Shown: positions 36,803-44,874 of the stretch, one piece after another
Layout of the letters: each line of letters starts with the position of its first letter
Numbering within the stretch: the stretch's first letter is position 1
Assembly (NCBI GenBank): GCA_020724765.1
Contig: DYGJ01000001.1
Span: 1 to 47,650, forward strand
Length of the DNA: 47,650 bases
Source: Thermotoga sp.
GTDB lineage: Bacteria; Bipolaricaulota; Bipolaricaulia; Bipolaricaulales; Bipolaricaulaceae
Direction of reading: 5' to 3'
The notes under the pieces: generated by a model
Databases searched by the model: none
Seen by the model: only the letters and a program-made list of their open reading frames with translations
What the model was told of the DNA's origin: nothing
Translations under genes and position numbers: made by a program

Positions 36803-37355
36803 CCTCGCACTTCCTCTGAGCTGACATCATGCCCCGTTGCACCCTACACCGTGCAGTCTAGGGAGGCAGTTCGCTGTTGCCAGTCAACGTTGTCCGAACC
36901 CCAGGCGCGCGGGAGCGGTTGAGTCAGGAACGGTGGCGTGCAGAAGCTTCCTCCCTCACCGTGCGGATCGCTTCGAGCACGTCCTTCCCAATCTCTTCCT
37001 CTGAGACCTCGCCAGGCCGATGATGTTGCCCCAGATGTGATTGCGGGCCGAGCGTCACGTCCGCAGCATCAGGGCGCGATCTTCCCTGTAGAGCCGGCGC
37101 GGCGGTTGATGCGTCCTGTGAGCGCGGCGGCAGGCCCATCGGGTGGACCGCAAATCCGACCCAATCACAACGACAGCCATGTGAGCCGCTGGAATGCGTG
37201 CGGGGGCACACCTTGAAGATCGAAACACCGCTGTTGGGTTTTCAAGGTGGACTACCCAAGTTCCCATCCCGTGATTGCTGTACCCGCATGACCGGGGCGG
37301 CCTGGGCCATTTGGGCCGCAGGCCCCCAGCCTGCTTGGTACCCGTGTGCAGATGG

Positions 37356-37403
37356 TTGGCATGCGTACCCGAAACGGGTACGATCGTACCCACGATGGGT
37401 TCG
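37356..37403 (+). promoter_or_regulatory. Promoter with tandem palindromic operators for the MNT-HEPN pair
   Basis: TTGGCA (37356-61), 17 bp, TACGAT (37379-84); CGTACCCG-AAA-CGGGTACG (37364-82) and CGTACCCA-CGA-TGGGTTCG (37385-403), 21 bp apart, the second covering ATG 37395. Confidence 0.72.
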
Positions 37404-38021
37404 ACAGGCCTTGAAGAGGCAATCGGAACAGCTCTTTTCGGGAAGACCCGCCGTGCCGTGCTTGCCCTCCTGTTCACCTCCGCCGATCGGTCGTTCTACC
37501 TGAACGAGATCGTCCGTGAGGTGGGGCTCGGTGTGGGCACCGTCCAGCGCGAGCTCCGGGCCCTGACCCACGCCGGGCTGATCCGGCGCTCGGCACGGGG
37601 GAACCAGGTGTTCTTCCGTGCCAATCCGGACAGCCCTGTGTTCGCTGAACTGATGGCCCTGGTGGAGAAGACCGTGGGCGCACCTGCGGCGCTACGCGCT
37701 CTTCTTGAGCCGCTGACGAAGCGGATCGAAGCCGCTTTCATCTACGGGTCGCTGGCCCGAGGGGACGCCGTGGGCGAGAGTGACGTGGACCTCCTGGTGG
37801 TGGGGGATGTCCCGGCGTTGGACCTGGCAGTCGCTGTGGGGGAAGCCGAGGAGAAGCTCCGTCGCGAGGTGAATCCCATCGTGTTCCCGCCGGAGGAGTT
37901 CAACAGGCGGATCCGCGGCGGAGACCACTTCCTGACCACGGTGTTGCGGGAGCCAAAGATCTTCCTGATCGGAGACGAGGATGACCTTAAACGACTGGCA
38001 GGACAGCGGGATCCTCGCTAG
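37395..38021 (+). CDS. wHTH plus minimal nucleotidyltransferase (MNT) antitoxin
   Basis: LFGKTRRAVLALLF...YLNEIVRE..LG.GTVQREL HTH; AFIYGSLARG....SDVDLLVVG nucleotidyltransferase motif. Confidence 0.88.
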   Translation: MGSTGLEEAIGTALFGKTRRAVLALLFTSADRSFYLNEIVREVGLGVGTVQRELRALTHAGLIRRSARGNQVFFRANPDSPVFAELMALVEKTVGAPAALRALLEPLTKRIEAAFIYGSLARGDAVGESDVDLLVVGDVPALDLAVAVGEAEEKLRREVNPIVFPPEEFNRRIRGGDHFLTTVLREPKIFLIGDEDDLKRLAGQRDPR

Positions 38022-38424
38022 CCACACCCCGAGCCGAGGCGAGATCGCCGGGCTGCTGGCCATTGTGGATCGGGATCTACGCGACTGCCGGGCGCGAGGG
38101 CTCAGCCCGGAGTGGCAACTGAGCATTGCCTACAATGCCATCCTCCAAGCCGCCACGGCAGCGCTTGCCGCTACGGGGTACCGAGTTCGCCGTCGGGAGG
38201 GTAGTCACCACCATACGTTGGAGTCTCTCAAGCACACCGTGGGGATCGAGGCCAACGTGCTGCGCAGGGTGGACGTGCTCCGCAAGAAGCGGCACCTCAG
38301 TGACTACATCCGTGCCGGGGCCGTATCACAGCAGGAAGCGGACGAGGCGATCGCACTCGCGGAGCGGCTGTGCGTGGAGATCACGATCTGGCTGCGCGAG
38401 CAGTATGCCGATCTCATGGAGTAA
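37981..38424 (+). CDS. HEPN domain protein (probable toxin of an MNT-HEPN pair)
   Basis: AYNAILQAATAAL...GYR....HH, LRKKRHLSDY; overlaps the end of the MNT gene. Confidence 0.78.
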   Translation: MTLNDWQDSGILASHTPSRGEIAGLLAIVDRDLRDCRARGLSPEWQLSIAYNAILQAATAALAATGYRVRRREGSHHHTLESLKHTVGIEANVLRRVDVLRKKRHLSDYIRAGAVSQQEADEAIALAERLCVEITIWLREQYADLME

Positions 38425-38460
38425 CCGTAGAGAGCGCCGCACCAAGGCTAGGTTAGCGCG

Positions 38461-38490
38461 TTGACGGCTAGGCGTGCAGCACCCTATCAT
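38461..38490 (+). promoter_or_regulatory. Sigma70-type promoter
   Basis: TTGACG, 18 bp, TATCAT, followed by GAGGAGG SD and ATG 38509. Confidence 0.6.
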
Positions 38491-38508
38491 GGCGGCGAGG
38501 AGGGAAGG

Positions 38509-40932
38509 ATGAGGAGAACGCTTGGGCTGGCGGCAGCGTTGATCGTGGGGTTGGCGGGGACGGCTCTGGCGGGCGCGATGTACCGGAACGACTCTGGAGA
38601 GGTGGCGCGGGCGGTGCGGATCGAGTTCTCCGAGCCTGCGGAGATCACCTCGATGTGGCCGAGCTTCCCGCAGCGGGATCCTCAAGGCCCGGCCACGGTG
38701 ATCGTCCTGAGCGGTGGCGAGATCGCCGCCGGTGGCTGGTTCAGCTTCACCTGGCGGCCGGACGCTGCCCGGGTGGTGACGATCGAGTGGTTCGTCAGCC
38801 CACCATCATCCGCTCGCCCCAATCTGGGGTTCTCCGATCCGAAGCCCAAGCCGGAGGTCCATGGCGAGATCCTCAACCCGGTCTTCTTCGCGCATCCCGC
38901 CTACGTGATGCAAGGCGTGTCCGAGCGGGACAAGGTGTTTGCGTTGCCCCTCCATGGGGTTCCCGAGCTCTCGTTCTACCCCGTCCTCGGTGGTCTCCCC
39001 GCCTCTTCGCTCACCTGGACGTTCGAGGTGAGCCACCCGGAGGGGATCGGTGCAGCCATCGAAGACAGAACCCTCTACATCTGGGGTAACAACCCGGAGT
39101 GGCAAGGTTATGGCGAGGTGGAGCTGCACGTGAGCGCCTCGGGCGGGCGCACCGGTTCGGTGGAGATCCCGGTGGTGGTGTTCTGCAGTGACCGGACGCT
39201 TTTGGACCCGCAGGGGAAGAAAGACTACTTCGTGCCGTGGGGCGCAATCCTCGACATCAACCGGATCCTGTCGACTGAGGAGCACATGCGGCAGTACAAC
39301 AAGCCCGACCTCGGGCTCCTCGACCGGACACTGCGGTTCTCCCCGTGGAGACCGATGGAGTACCAGAAGAACGCCGGATTCACCACTGCGTGGATCAACG
39401 AGATCAGCTATGACGGAACATGGAGACAACCAACGATGCTCAGGCTGGTGGACGTTGTTCTTGAGGATCTGAGGCATCTCGGGTTCAACAGTCTGACAGT
39501 GCACAGTGCGTTCTACATCGATCTCAAGGATGATACGATTCGCCCCCGGTATGATGCGTGCGGGAACACACCCAACTTCTGGGGGCAGTCCAAGCGTCCC
39601 CACGAGGTGGCTTACATCGCCAACGAAGCCCATCGCCAAGGTTTCGCAGTCATGCTAGCCAGCTTCTATGTTCCCTTCGTGCCGATGGGTACAGCACTGG
39701 ACCAGGGGCTCGAGTTGTGCAACTACTGCCCCACCAATCTCGATAGGTTCCTCATCGAGCACACATGTCACACAAGGCAGGAACTCGCATTCTGGGCGTC
39801 CCTGGGTGTCGACATAGCCGCGATCGGTATCCAGCTTGAGGGGCTGTGTGATGCCGCGATCCCGCTTTCTGAAGGCAATGAGCTTCAGGAGAGATTGGCA
39901 AGTGTGGCTCGTGAGGAGTTTCCAGGTCCGATCACCTCTCTGATGGGAGTCGTATACAGGCCACCTGGACAGGATCAGGCAAACATCTTCATGCCCTTCT
40001 GGGAGAAGTTGGACGTACTCTCGATCGGCATCAACTACCCGTACTTGACTCCGTTGACCCCCTATGCCCAACCCACTCTAGAACAGCTCATCGCGGGCTG
40101 GGAGCAGCTCATAGCGCATGTCTTCCGGCCTTTTCAGAACCGGTTCAACAAGCCCTTCATCGCCTACGAGGTGGGAACCTACCCCGTCTTGGGATGCTCC
40201 AACTTCGGTGCCTGGTGCAGAATCGCGGGAAGAGTCGAGATAGCTCCGTCTACCTTCAGCGTGGAGGACATGGAGAGGTACTTCGTCTCGCAACATAGGG
40301 CCTTTGAACAGATGGAAGGGTACTATGGGGCCATGCACTCGTTCTTCTATCTCACATTCGACTACAGGGAGGTAGGAGGCCATAGAGACTACGCGAACAT
40401 CTCTCCGAGAGGCATCGTGGATGATCTGATCCAACAGCGCTTCCTGGGGGAGGCCCGGCCCAGGGTAGTTCAGATAGATGGAAGGACTGATGACTGGGAC
40501 AACATTTCTCCTACGCGCTTCTCAGATCCTCGCGGAGACTCCAAGGGTGCGAACGACATCATTGGGATGAGCTACACCAGCGATGAGCTGTTCCTGTACT
40601 TCAAGATCGACTACCTGAGTGCGCCCTCAGGGTATCTCCTGATCCAGTTTGACACAAGCGGAAACGGCAAGGAGGACTTCTTCCTCATGCTCAACGACGT
40701 CAACGGTGCATGGTGGCGCCAGGAGACGATCTACCACCCGGACCACCCCAGGGTCCCGATCATAGGCATTGCGGATGCAGTCGACGGACCCAAGTTCATA
40801 GAGACGCGGATTCCCAGGCCTTTCCTTGTGGATTACTGGACAGGCGGCCCGTTCTCTGTCCGTCTGGTCCATGCTGACAGGAACTGGAACGTGGAAGACG
40901 AGACGGTGTGGCACAGGATCGACAGGCCGTGA
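38509..40932 (+). CDS. Exported multidomain protein with a GH113-like TIM barrel and a C-terminal DOMON/carbohydrate-binding-like domain
   Basis: Signal peptide; AHRQGFAVML, AIGIQLEG, FPGPIT, PFWEKLDVLSI, NKPFIAYEVG; C-terminal IDG...DW....DP.GD.....DI......D...LYF. Confidence 0.6.
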   Translation: MRRTLGLAAALIVGLAGTALAGAMYRNDSGEVARAVRIEFSEPAEITSMWPSFPQRDPQGPATVIVLSGGEIAAGGWFSFTWRPDAARVVTIEWFVSPPSSARPNLGFSDPKPKPEVHGEILNPVFFAHPAYVMQGVSERDKVFALPLHGVPELSFYPVLGGLPASSLTWTFEVSHPEGIGAAIEDRTLYIWGNNPEWQGYGEVELHVSASGGRTGSVEIPVVVFCSDRTLLDPQGKKDYFVPWGAILDINRILSTEEHMRQYNKPDLGLLDRTLRFSPWRPMEYQKNAGFTTAWINEISYDGTWRQPTMLRLVDVVLEDLRHLGFNSLTVHSAFYIDLKDDTIRPRYDACGNTPNFWGQSKRPHEVAYIANEAHRQGFAVMLASFYVPFVPMGTALDQGLELCNYCPTNLDRFLIEHTCHTRQELAFWASLGVDIAAIGIQLEGLCDAAIPLSEGNELQERLASVAREEFPGPITSLMGVVYRPPGQDQANIFMPFWEKLDVLSIGINYPYLTPLTPYAQPTLEQLIAGWEQLIAHVFRPFQNRFNKPFIAYEVGTYPVLGCSNFGAWCRIAGRVEIAPSTFSVEDMERYFVSQHRAFEQMEGYYGAMHSFFYLTFDYREVGGHRDYANISPRGIVDDLIQQRFLGEARPRVVQIDGRTDDWDNISPTRFSDPRGDSKGANDIIGMSYTSDELFLYFKIDYLSAPSGYLLIQFDTSGNGKEDFFLMLNDVNGAWWRQETIYHPDHPRVPIIGIADAVDGPKFIETRIPRPFLVDYWTGGPFSVRLVHADRNWNVEDETVWHRIDRP

Positions 40933-40966
40933 CCAGGGTCAAAGGTCAGGGCTTTGGCCGCGGCAG

Positions 40967-41359
40967 CTACTCCACCGTCAGCGCGGCGGAGCTGCGGTCG
41001 GTGTCGGAGAGGAGGAAGTCGGGGCTCTCGGCGAGGGCGTCCACCGGGCAGGCGTCTACGCACTGGGCGCAGAACGTGCACCGCGCGACATGCATCCGGA
41101 TCTTCTTCACTTCGGGCAGGAACTCGATCACCTTCGCCGGGCACACCCGGATGCAGAGCTGACACCCGATGCACTTCTCCCGGTCGTAGGCGATCTTCCC
41201 CCGGAACCGGGGCGGCACAGGCACGGGCGGGACGAGGGTCGCCTTCCCCTCCTTCACCTTGCCCAGAAACCCGAGCACCGACTTGGGCATGTACTTCGCC
41301 GGGAACCGGTTCGTGGCCGGTTTGGTGAAGAGCTGGGAGAACAGGGTCTTGAGGATCAT
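40967..41359 (-). CDS. mbhN: Mbh subunit N (NuoI-like, 2x[4Fe-4S])
   Basis: KPATNRFP, FRGKI, CIGCQLCIRVCP and CTFCAQCVDACP. Confidence 0.88.
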   Translation of the reverse strand: MILKTLFSQLFTKPATNRFPAKYMPKSVLGFLGKVKEGKATLVPPVPVPPRFRGKIAYDREKCIGCQLCIRVCPAKVIEFLPEVKKIRMHVARCTFCAQCVDACPVDALAESPDFLLSDTDRSSAALTVE

Positions 41360-42348
41360 CCGACCACCATCCGGTCGAGCACGAGCAGCACGAGCCCCGC
41401 CACGGCCACCGCGGTGATCTGGAGCCAGAACCCGCGCGCCACCTGGTCGATCTTGAGCCGGGCCATCGCCACCCTCACCGTGGTCACCGCCGCGAACATC
41501 ACGACGAAGATCTTGACGAGGTGGAACAGGAGGTCCACCGCCTGGCCGCCGGCCCCGGAGAGGCCGAGGAGCCCGGCGATCCCGTACGGGGCGAACAGGG
41601 TCACGACGAGGGCGGCCATGGCGATCGTCTTCGCCGCGTCGGCGAGGTAGAACAGCGCGAGGTACGTCCCGGAGTACTCGACCATCAGGCCGCCGGCGAT
41701 CTCGGTCTCCGCCTCGGGGATGTCGAACGGGATCTTGGACAGCTCGGCCGGGGTCACGATCAGAAGACACGCGGCGAGGATCGCCAGGCCGATCACCCCC
41801 AACGGCCCAACCATGGTCCACAGGGGCGCGGCGGCGATCGCCCCCAGCGAGAACGCGGGGCCGCCGCCGAGGGTCGCCAGCCGCCACACCACGCCGACCA
41901 CGGCCACGGCGAGCGGGAACTCGTAGGACATGAGCATCACGATCTCCCGCTGCGCGCCCACGGTGGCCAGGGGAGACCCGGAGGCGAACCCCCCGAGCGC
42001 CATCGCCACGGCGGGCACGGCGAGGAGGTACAGGACGAGGATCGCGTCGCCGCCGCTGCGAAGGATCGCCGGGAACGGCCCCCACGGGAGGTAGAGGAGG
42101 ACCGTGAACGAGGCGATCACGGCGAGGAACGGCATCGCCTTGAACAGCCACCCCACGGCGTCCTTGGGAACGATGCTCTCCTTCACGAGGAGTTTGCCCA
42201 CGTCGAGGAACGGCTGCCGGAGCGGGGGGCCGATCCGCGACTGCATCCGCGCGGCGAGTTTCCGGTCGAACCCCTTGTAGACGAGCCCGAGGAGCCCGCC
42301 GCCCACGAGCACCGCCGCCGCCTGCCACACGAGGTGAAGCGCGGTCAC
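41356..42348 (-). CDS. mbhM: Mbh subunit M (NuoH-like membrane subunit)
   Basis: DRKLAARMQSRIGPP..QPF.D..KL..KE, GAQRE, PFDIPEAETEI..G...EYSG, ARLKIDQ. Confidence 0.9.
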   Translation of the reverse strand: MTALHLVWQAAAVLVGGGLLGLVYKGFDRKLAARMQSRIGPPLRQPFLDVGKLLVKESIVPKDAVGWLFKAMPFLAVIASFTVLLYLPWGPFPAILRSGGDAILVLYLLAVPAVAMALGGFASGSPLATVGAQREIVMLMSYEFPLAVAVVGVVWRLATLGGGPAFSLGAIAAAPLWTMVGPLGVIGLAILAACLLIVTPAELSKIPFDIPEAETEIAGGLMVEYSGTYLALFYLADAAKTIAMAALVVTLFAPYGIAGLLGLSGAGGQAVDLLFHLVKIFVVMFAAVTTVRVAMARLKIDQVARGFWLQITAVAVAGLVLLVLDRMVVG

Positions 42349-43607
42349 AGGCCACCTCCGTGACGGGGGACGGGGGACAGGTGACGGGTGACCCGGTCCG
42401 TCTTGGCGCGGGAGAGGCGGAGGAGTTCTTCCTTGAGCACCGTTCCCGGGGAGCCGTCGCGCACCACGTGCACGCGGTCCATGCAGCACATGCAGGGGTC
42501 GATCGAGGCGGCGATGATCGGGATGTCGGCCACCTCCTGGTCGCGGAACATCGGGACCCAGCTCATGAGGTTCGAGTACGTGGGCGCCTTCACCTTCCAC
42601 ACGATCGGCTCCTCGACTCCGGCCTCGAGGCGGATGTAGTGGATGACCTCGCCCCGCGGCGCCTCGTGCCAGCCCAACCCCTCGCCCTCGGCCTTCTTGA
42701 GGAAGGCGAGCAGGGCGGGGATCTTCGGGAACGAGGTGATCTCGCCCTCCGGCATCTCGTACAGGCACGTCTCGATCAGGTCGAGGGACTGGGCGACCTC
42801 GAGCAGCCGCACCACGGCCTTGTCGTACACGTCGCCCCGCGGTTCGAGCCCGTAGTCGCGGGGGGTGATCGCCTTCACCCCGAGCTCGCCATACACGAGG
42901 TACGGCCGGTCCTGACGCACGTCCTTGCTCAGGCCCGACGCCCGGGCGGTGGGGCCCACCGCGCACAGGGAGTCGGCCTCCTTTGGGGTGAGGATTCCCA
43001 CGTTCCGGGTCCGGGCCTCGACGGACGGGTCGCGGAGGAACGCGTCGAGGAGCTCGTCGAGCAGCCCGCGGTAGTACCGGACCATCGCCTCGACCTTCGG
43101 GATCTGCTCGGGGGCGACGTCCCGCCGCACCCCGCCGTAGATGGGGAGCGCGTAGTCGATCCGGTTCCCGGACAGCTCCTCGAGGAGGTCCAGCACCTGC
43201 TCGCGCACCTTCCACGTGAGGTGGAGCAGGGTGTCGAACCCCAGTTCGTGGGCGGCGACGCCGGCCCAGAGGAGGTGGGAGTGGATCCGCTCCAGCTCGG
43301 AGTAGATCACCCGCAGGTACTGGGCCCGGGGCGGAACCTCGATCCCCGCTGCCCGCTCCACGGCGAGCGTGATCGTGATCGGGTGGGAGATCGAGCAGAT
43401 GCCGCAGATCCGCTCGGAGAGATAGAGGGTCTGGATCAGGTTCCGCTTCATCGCCATGAACTCGATCCCGCGGTGGGCGAACCCGGCGCGGATGTCCACG
43501 CCCCGGATCCGCTCCCCCTCCACCCTGAACGTGAACCGGATCGGCTCCTTGAGCGCGGGGTGGATGGGGCCGATCGGGATCTCGTACACGTTCTGGGTCT
43601 CAGCCAT
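42345..43607 (-). CDS. mbhL: Group 4 [NiFe]-hydrogenase large subunit
   Basis: IPIGPIHPALKEP, HRGIE, L1 ERICGICSISH, EAPRGE, L2 SIDPCMCCMDR plus a C-terminal extension. Confidence 0.93.
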   Translation of the reverse strand: MAETQNVYEIPIGPIHPALKEPIRFTFRVEGERIRGVDIRAGFAHRGIEFMAMKRNLIQTLYLSERICGICSISHPITITLAVERAAGIEVPPRAQYLRVIYSELERIHSHLLWAGVAAHELGFDTLLHLTWKVREQVLDLLEELSGNRIDYALPIYGGVRRDVAPEQIPKVEAMVRYYRGLLDELLDAFLRDPSVEARTRNVGILTPKEADSLCAVGPTARASGLSKDVRQDRPYLVYGELGVKAITPRDYGLEPRGDVYDKAVVRLLEVAQSLDLIETCLYEMPEGEITSFPKIPALLAFLKKAEGEGLGWHEAPRGEVIHYIRLEAGVEEPIVWKVKAPTYSNLMSWVPMFRDQEVADIPIIAASIDPCMCCMDRVHVVRDGSPGTVLKEELLRLSRAKTDRVTRHLSPVPRHGGGL

Positions 43608-44118
43608 TCTTCCCCTCCCACTCCACGAGCCGGTTCACGAGTTTCGCCGTCTCCGGGTCGTCCTTCCGCCACGGGTAGCCGGGGAAGTCGTCGGGCAGGA
43701 ACACGTGCGCGGTGGACGGGATCCCGGTGAACTCGACGCCGAGGAACTCGATCTTCTCCCGCTCCGCGGTCTCGGATCCCGGCAGGAGGCCGCAGATCGA
43801 GGGAAGCACGGGATCTGCCTTGGACACGGTCACGCGGAGGGTGACGGTCACCTCGCCCCCCGGCGTGCCGTACCCGGCGGCAAAGTGGTACAGGAGTTCG
43901 ATCCCCTCGCCCGTGTCCCGACCGGAGATCACGGAGATGTGCAACGGGCCGGCGGCCTTGAGCGCCGCCACCGCGGGGACGAGCCCCTCGCGGGGGATCT
44001 CGGCCCACAGCTCGGGTACCTCGACCCGCGTCCGCACCCCCACCGGCCGAGGCCGCAGCTCGACCTCGAGGCCCGGTACGGCGGACGCGAGCGCCTTCTT
44101 GACCTGATCGGCGGTCAT
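43600..44118 (-). CDS. mbhK: Mbh subunit K (NuoC-like)
   Basis: ISG.D.GE.IELLYHF, LPSI, EREKIEFLGVEF.G.P, FLPDDFPGYPWRKD. Confidence 0.88.
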   Translation of the reverse strand: MTADQVKKALASAVPGLEVELRPRPVGVRTRVEVPELWAEIPREGLVPAVAALKAAGPLHISVISGRDTGEGIELLYHFAAGYGTPGGEVTVTLRVTVSKADPVLPSICGLLPGSETAEREKIEFLGVEFTGIPSTAHVFLPDDFPGYPWRKDDPETAKLVNRLVEWEGKNG

Positions 44119-44546
44119 CGCTTCTCCCCAGCGAGCTGTTCGAGCTTCGCCACCGCGGTCACCACGCCGTGGATGATCGCCTCCGGCCGGGGCGGGCAGC
44201 CGGGGACGTAGGCCGCCACGGGGACGATCTTGTCCACCGGACCGACCACGTTGTAGCTGTCGTAGAACACGCCCGAGGTGGAGCCGCACCCGCCGACCAC
44301 GACCACGGCCTTGGGTTCCGGCGTCTGGTCGTAGACCCGCTTCAGCCGCTCCGCCATCGGCCGCGTCACGGGCCCGGTCACGAGGAGGACGTCGGCGTGG
44401 CGCGGGGTGCCGACGAGCTTGATGCCGAACCGCTCCACGTCGTAGCGGGGGGTGAGGGCGGCCACGATCTCGATGTCGCAGCCATTGCACGAACCGGTGG
44501 CGACGTGGAACACCCACAGCGCCCGCTTGAACGACGACAGGCCCAT
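44115..44546 (-). CDS. mbhJ: Mbh subunit J, hydrogenase small subunit (NuoB-like)
   Basis: GSCNGCDIE, PRYDVERFG, PRHADVLLVTG, GGCG, PGCPPRPE. Confidence 0.92.
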   Translation of the reverse strand: MGLSSFKRALWVFHVATGSCNGCDIEIVAALTPRYDVERFGIKLVGTPRHADVLLVTGPVTRPMAERLKRVYDQTPEPKAVVVVGGCGSTSGVFYDSYNVVGPVDKIVPVAAYVPGCPPRPEAIIHGVVTAVAKLEQLAGEKR

Positions 44547-44547
44547 C

Positions 44548-44874
44548 TCAGCCCCCCACGAGGACGATCAGGAACGCCACGGCCAAGATGACCACCAGCC
44601 ACCCCACGTAGTCGTTGACCAGCCCGCTGTGCAGCGCCCGGAGCCGCTCGACGTAGGGCCGCAGCCCCTCCACGAACCCCCAGTAGAGGTGCCCCCCGCC
44701 GACGTGGGCTCCTTCCATCTTTTCGCCGGACAGGAACGGGAGTTCGCGGTCGGTCCCCCGGGTGTAGTCGCGCCGGCCGCGGGACCACACGACGAGCGCC
44801 AGCAGGGTCACCCCCGCCGCGGCGGCGAGCCAGAGGAGCGGGTTCCAGAACCCGTGCCCGGTGAGGAGGGTCAT
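44548..44874 (-). CDS. mbhI: Mbh subunit I-like membrane protein
   Basis: GFWNPLLW, PFLSGE, LYWGF, HSGLVNDYV.W; located between the H and J subunit genes. Confidence 0.8.
   Translation of the reverse strand: MTLLTGHGFWNPLLWLAAAAGVTLLALVVWSRGRRDYTRGTDRELPFLSGEKMEGAHVGGGHLYWGFVEGLRPYVERLRALHSGLVNDYVGWLVVILAVAFLIVLVGG

Noticed and set aside
42345-43607. Complex I NuoD or Mbx/MBS sulfane reductase
   Set aside because: Both CxxC nickel-binding motifs and a C-terminal extension are present.
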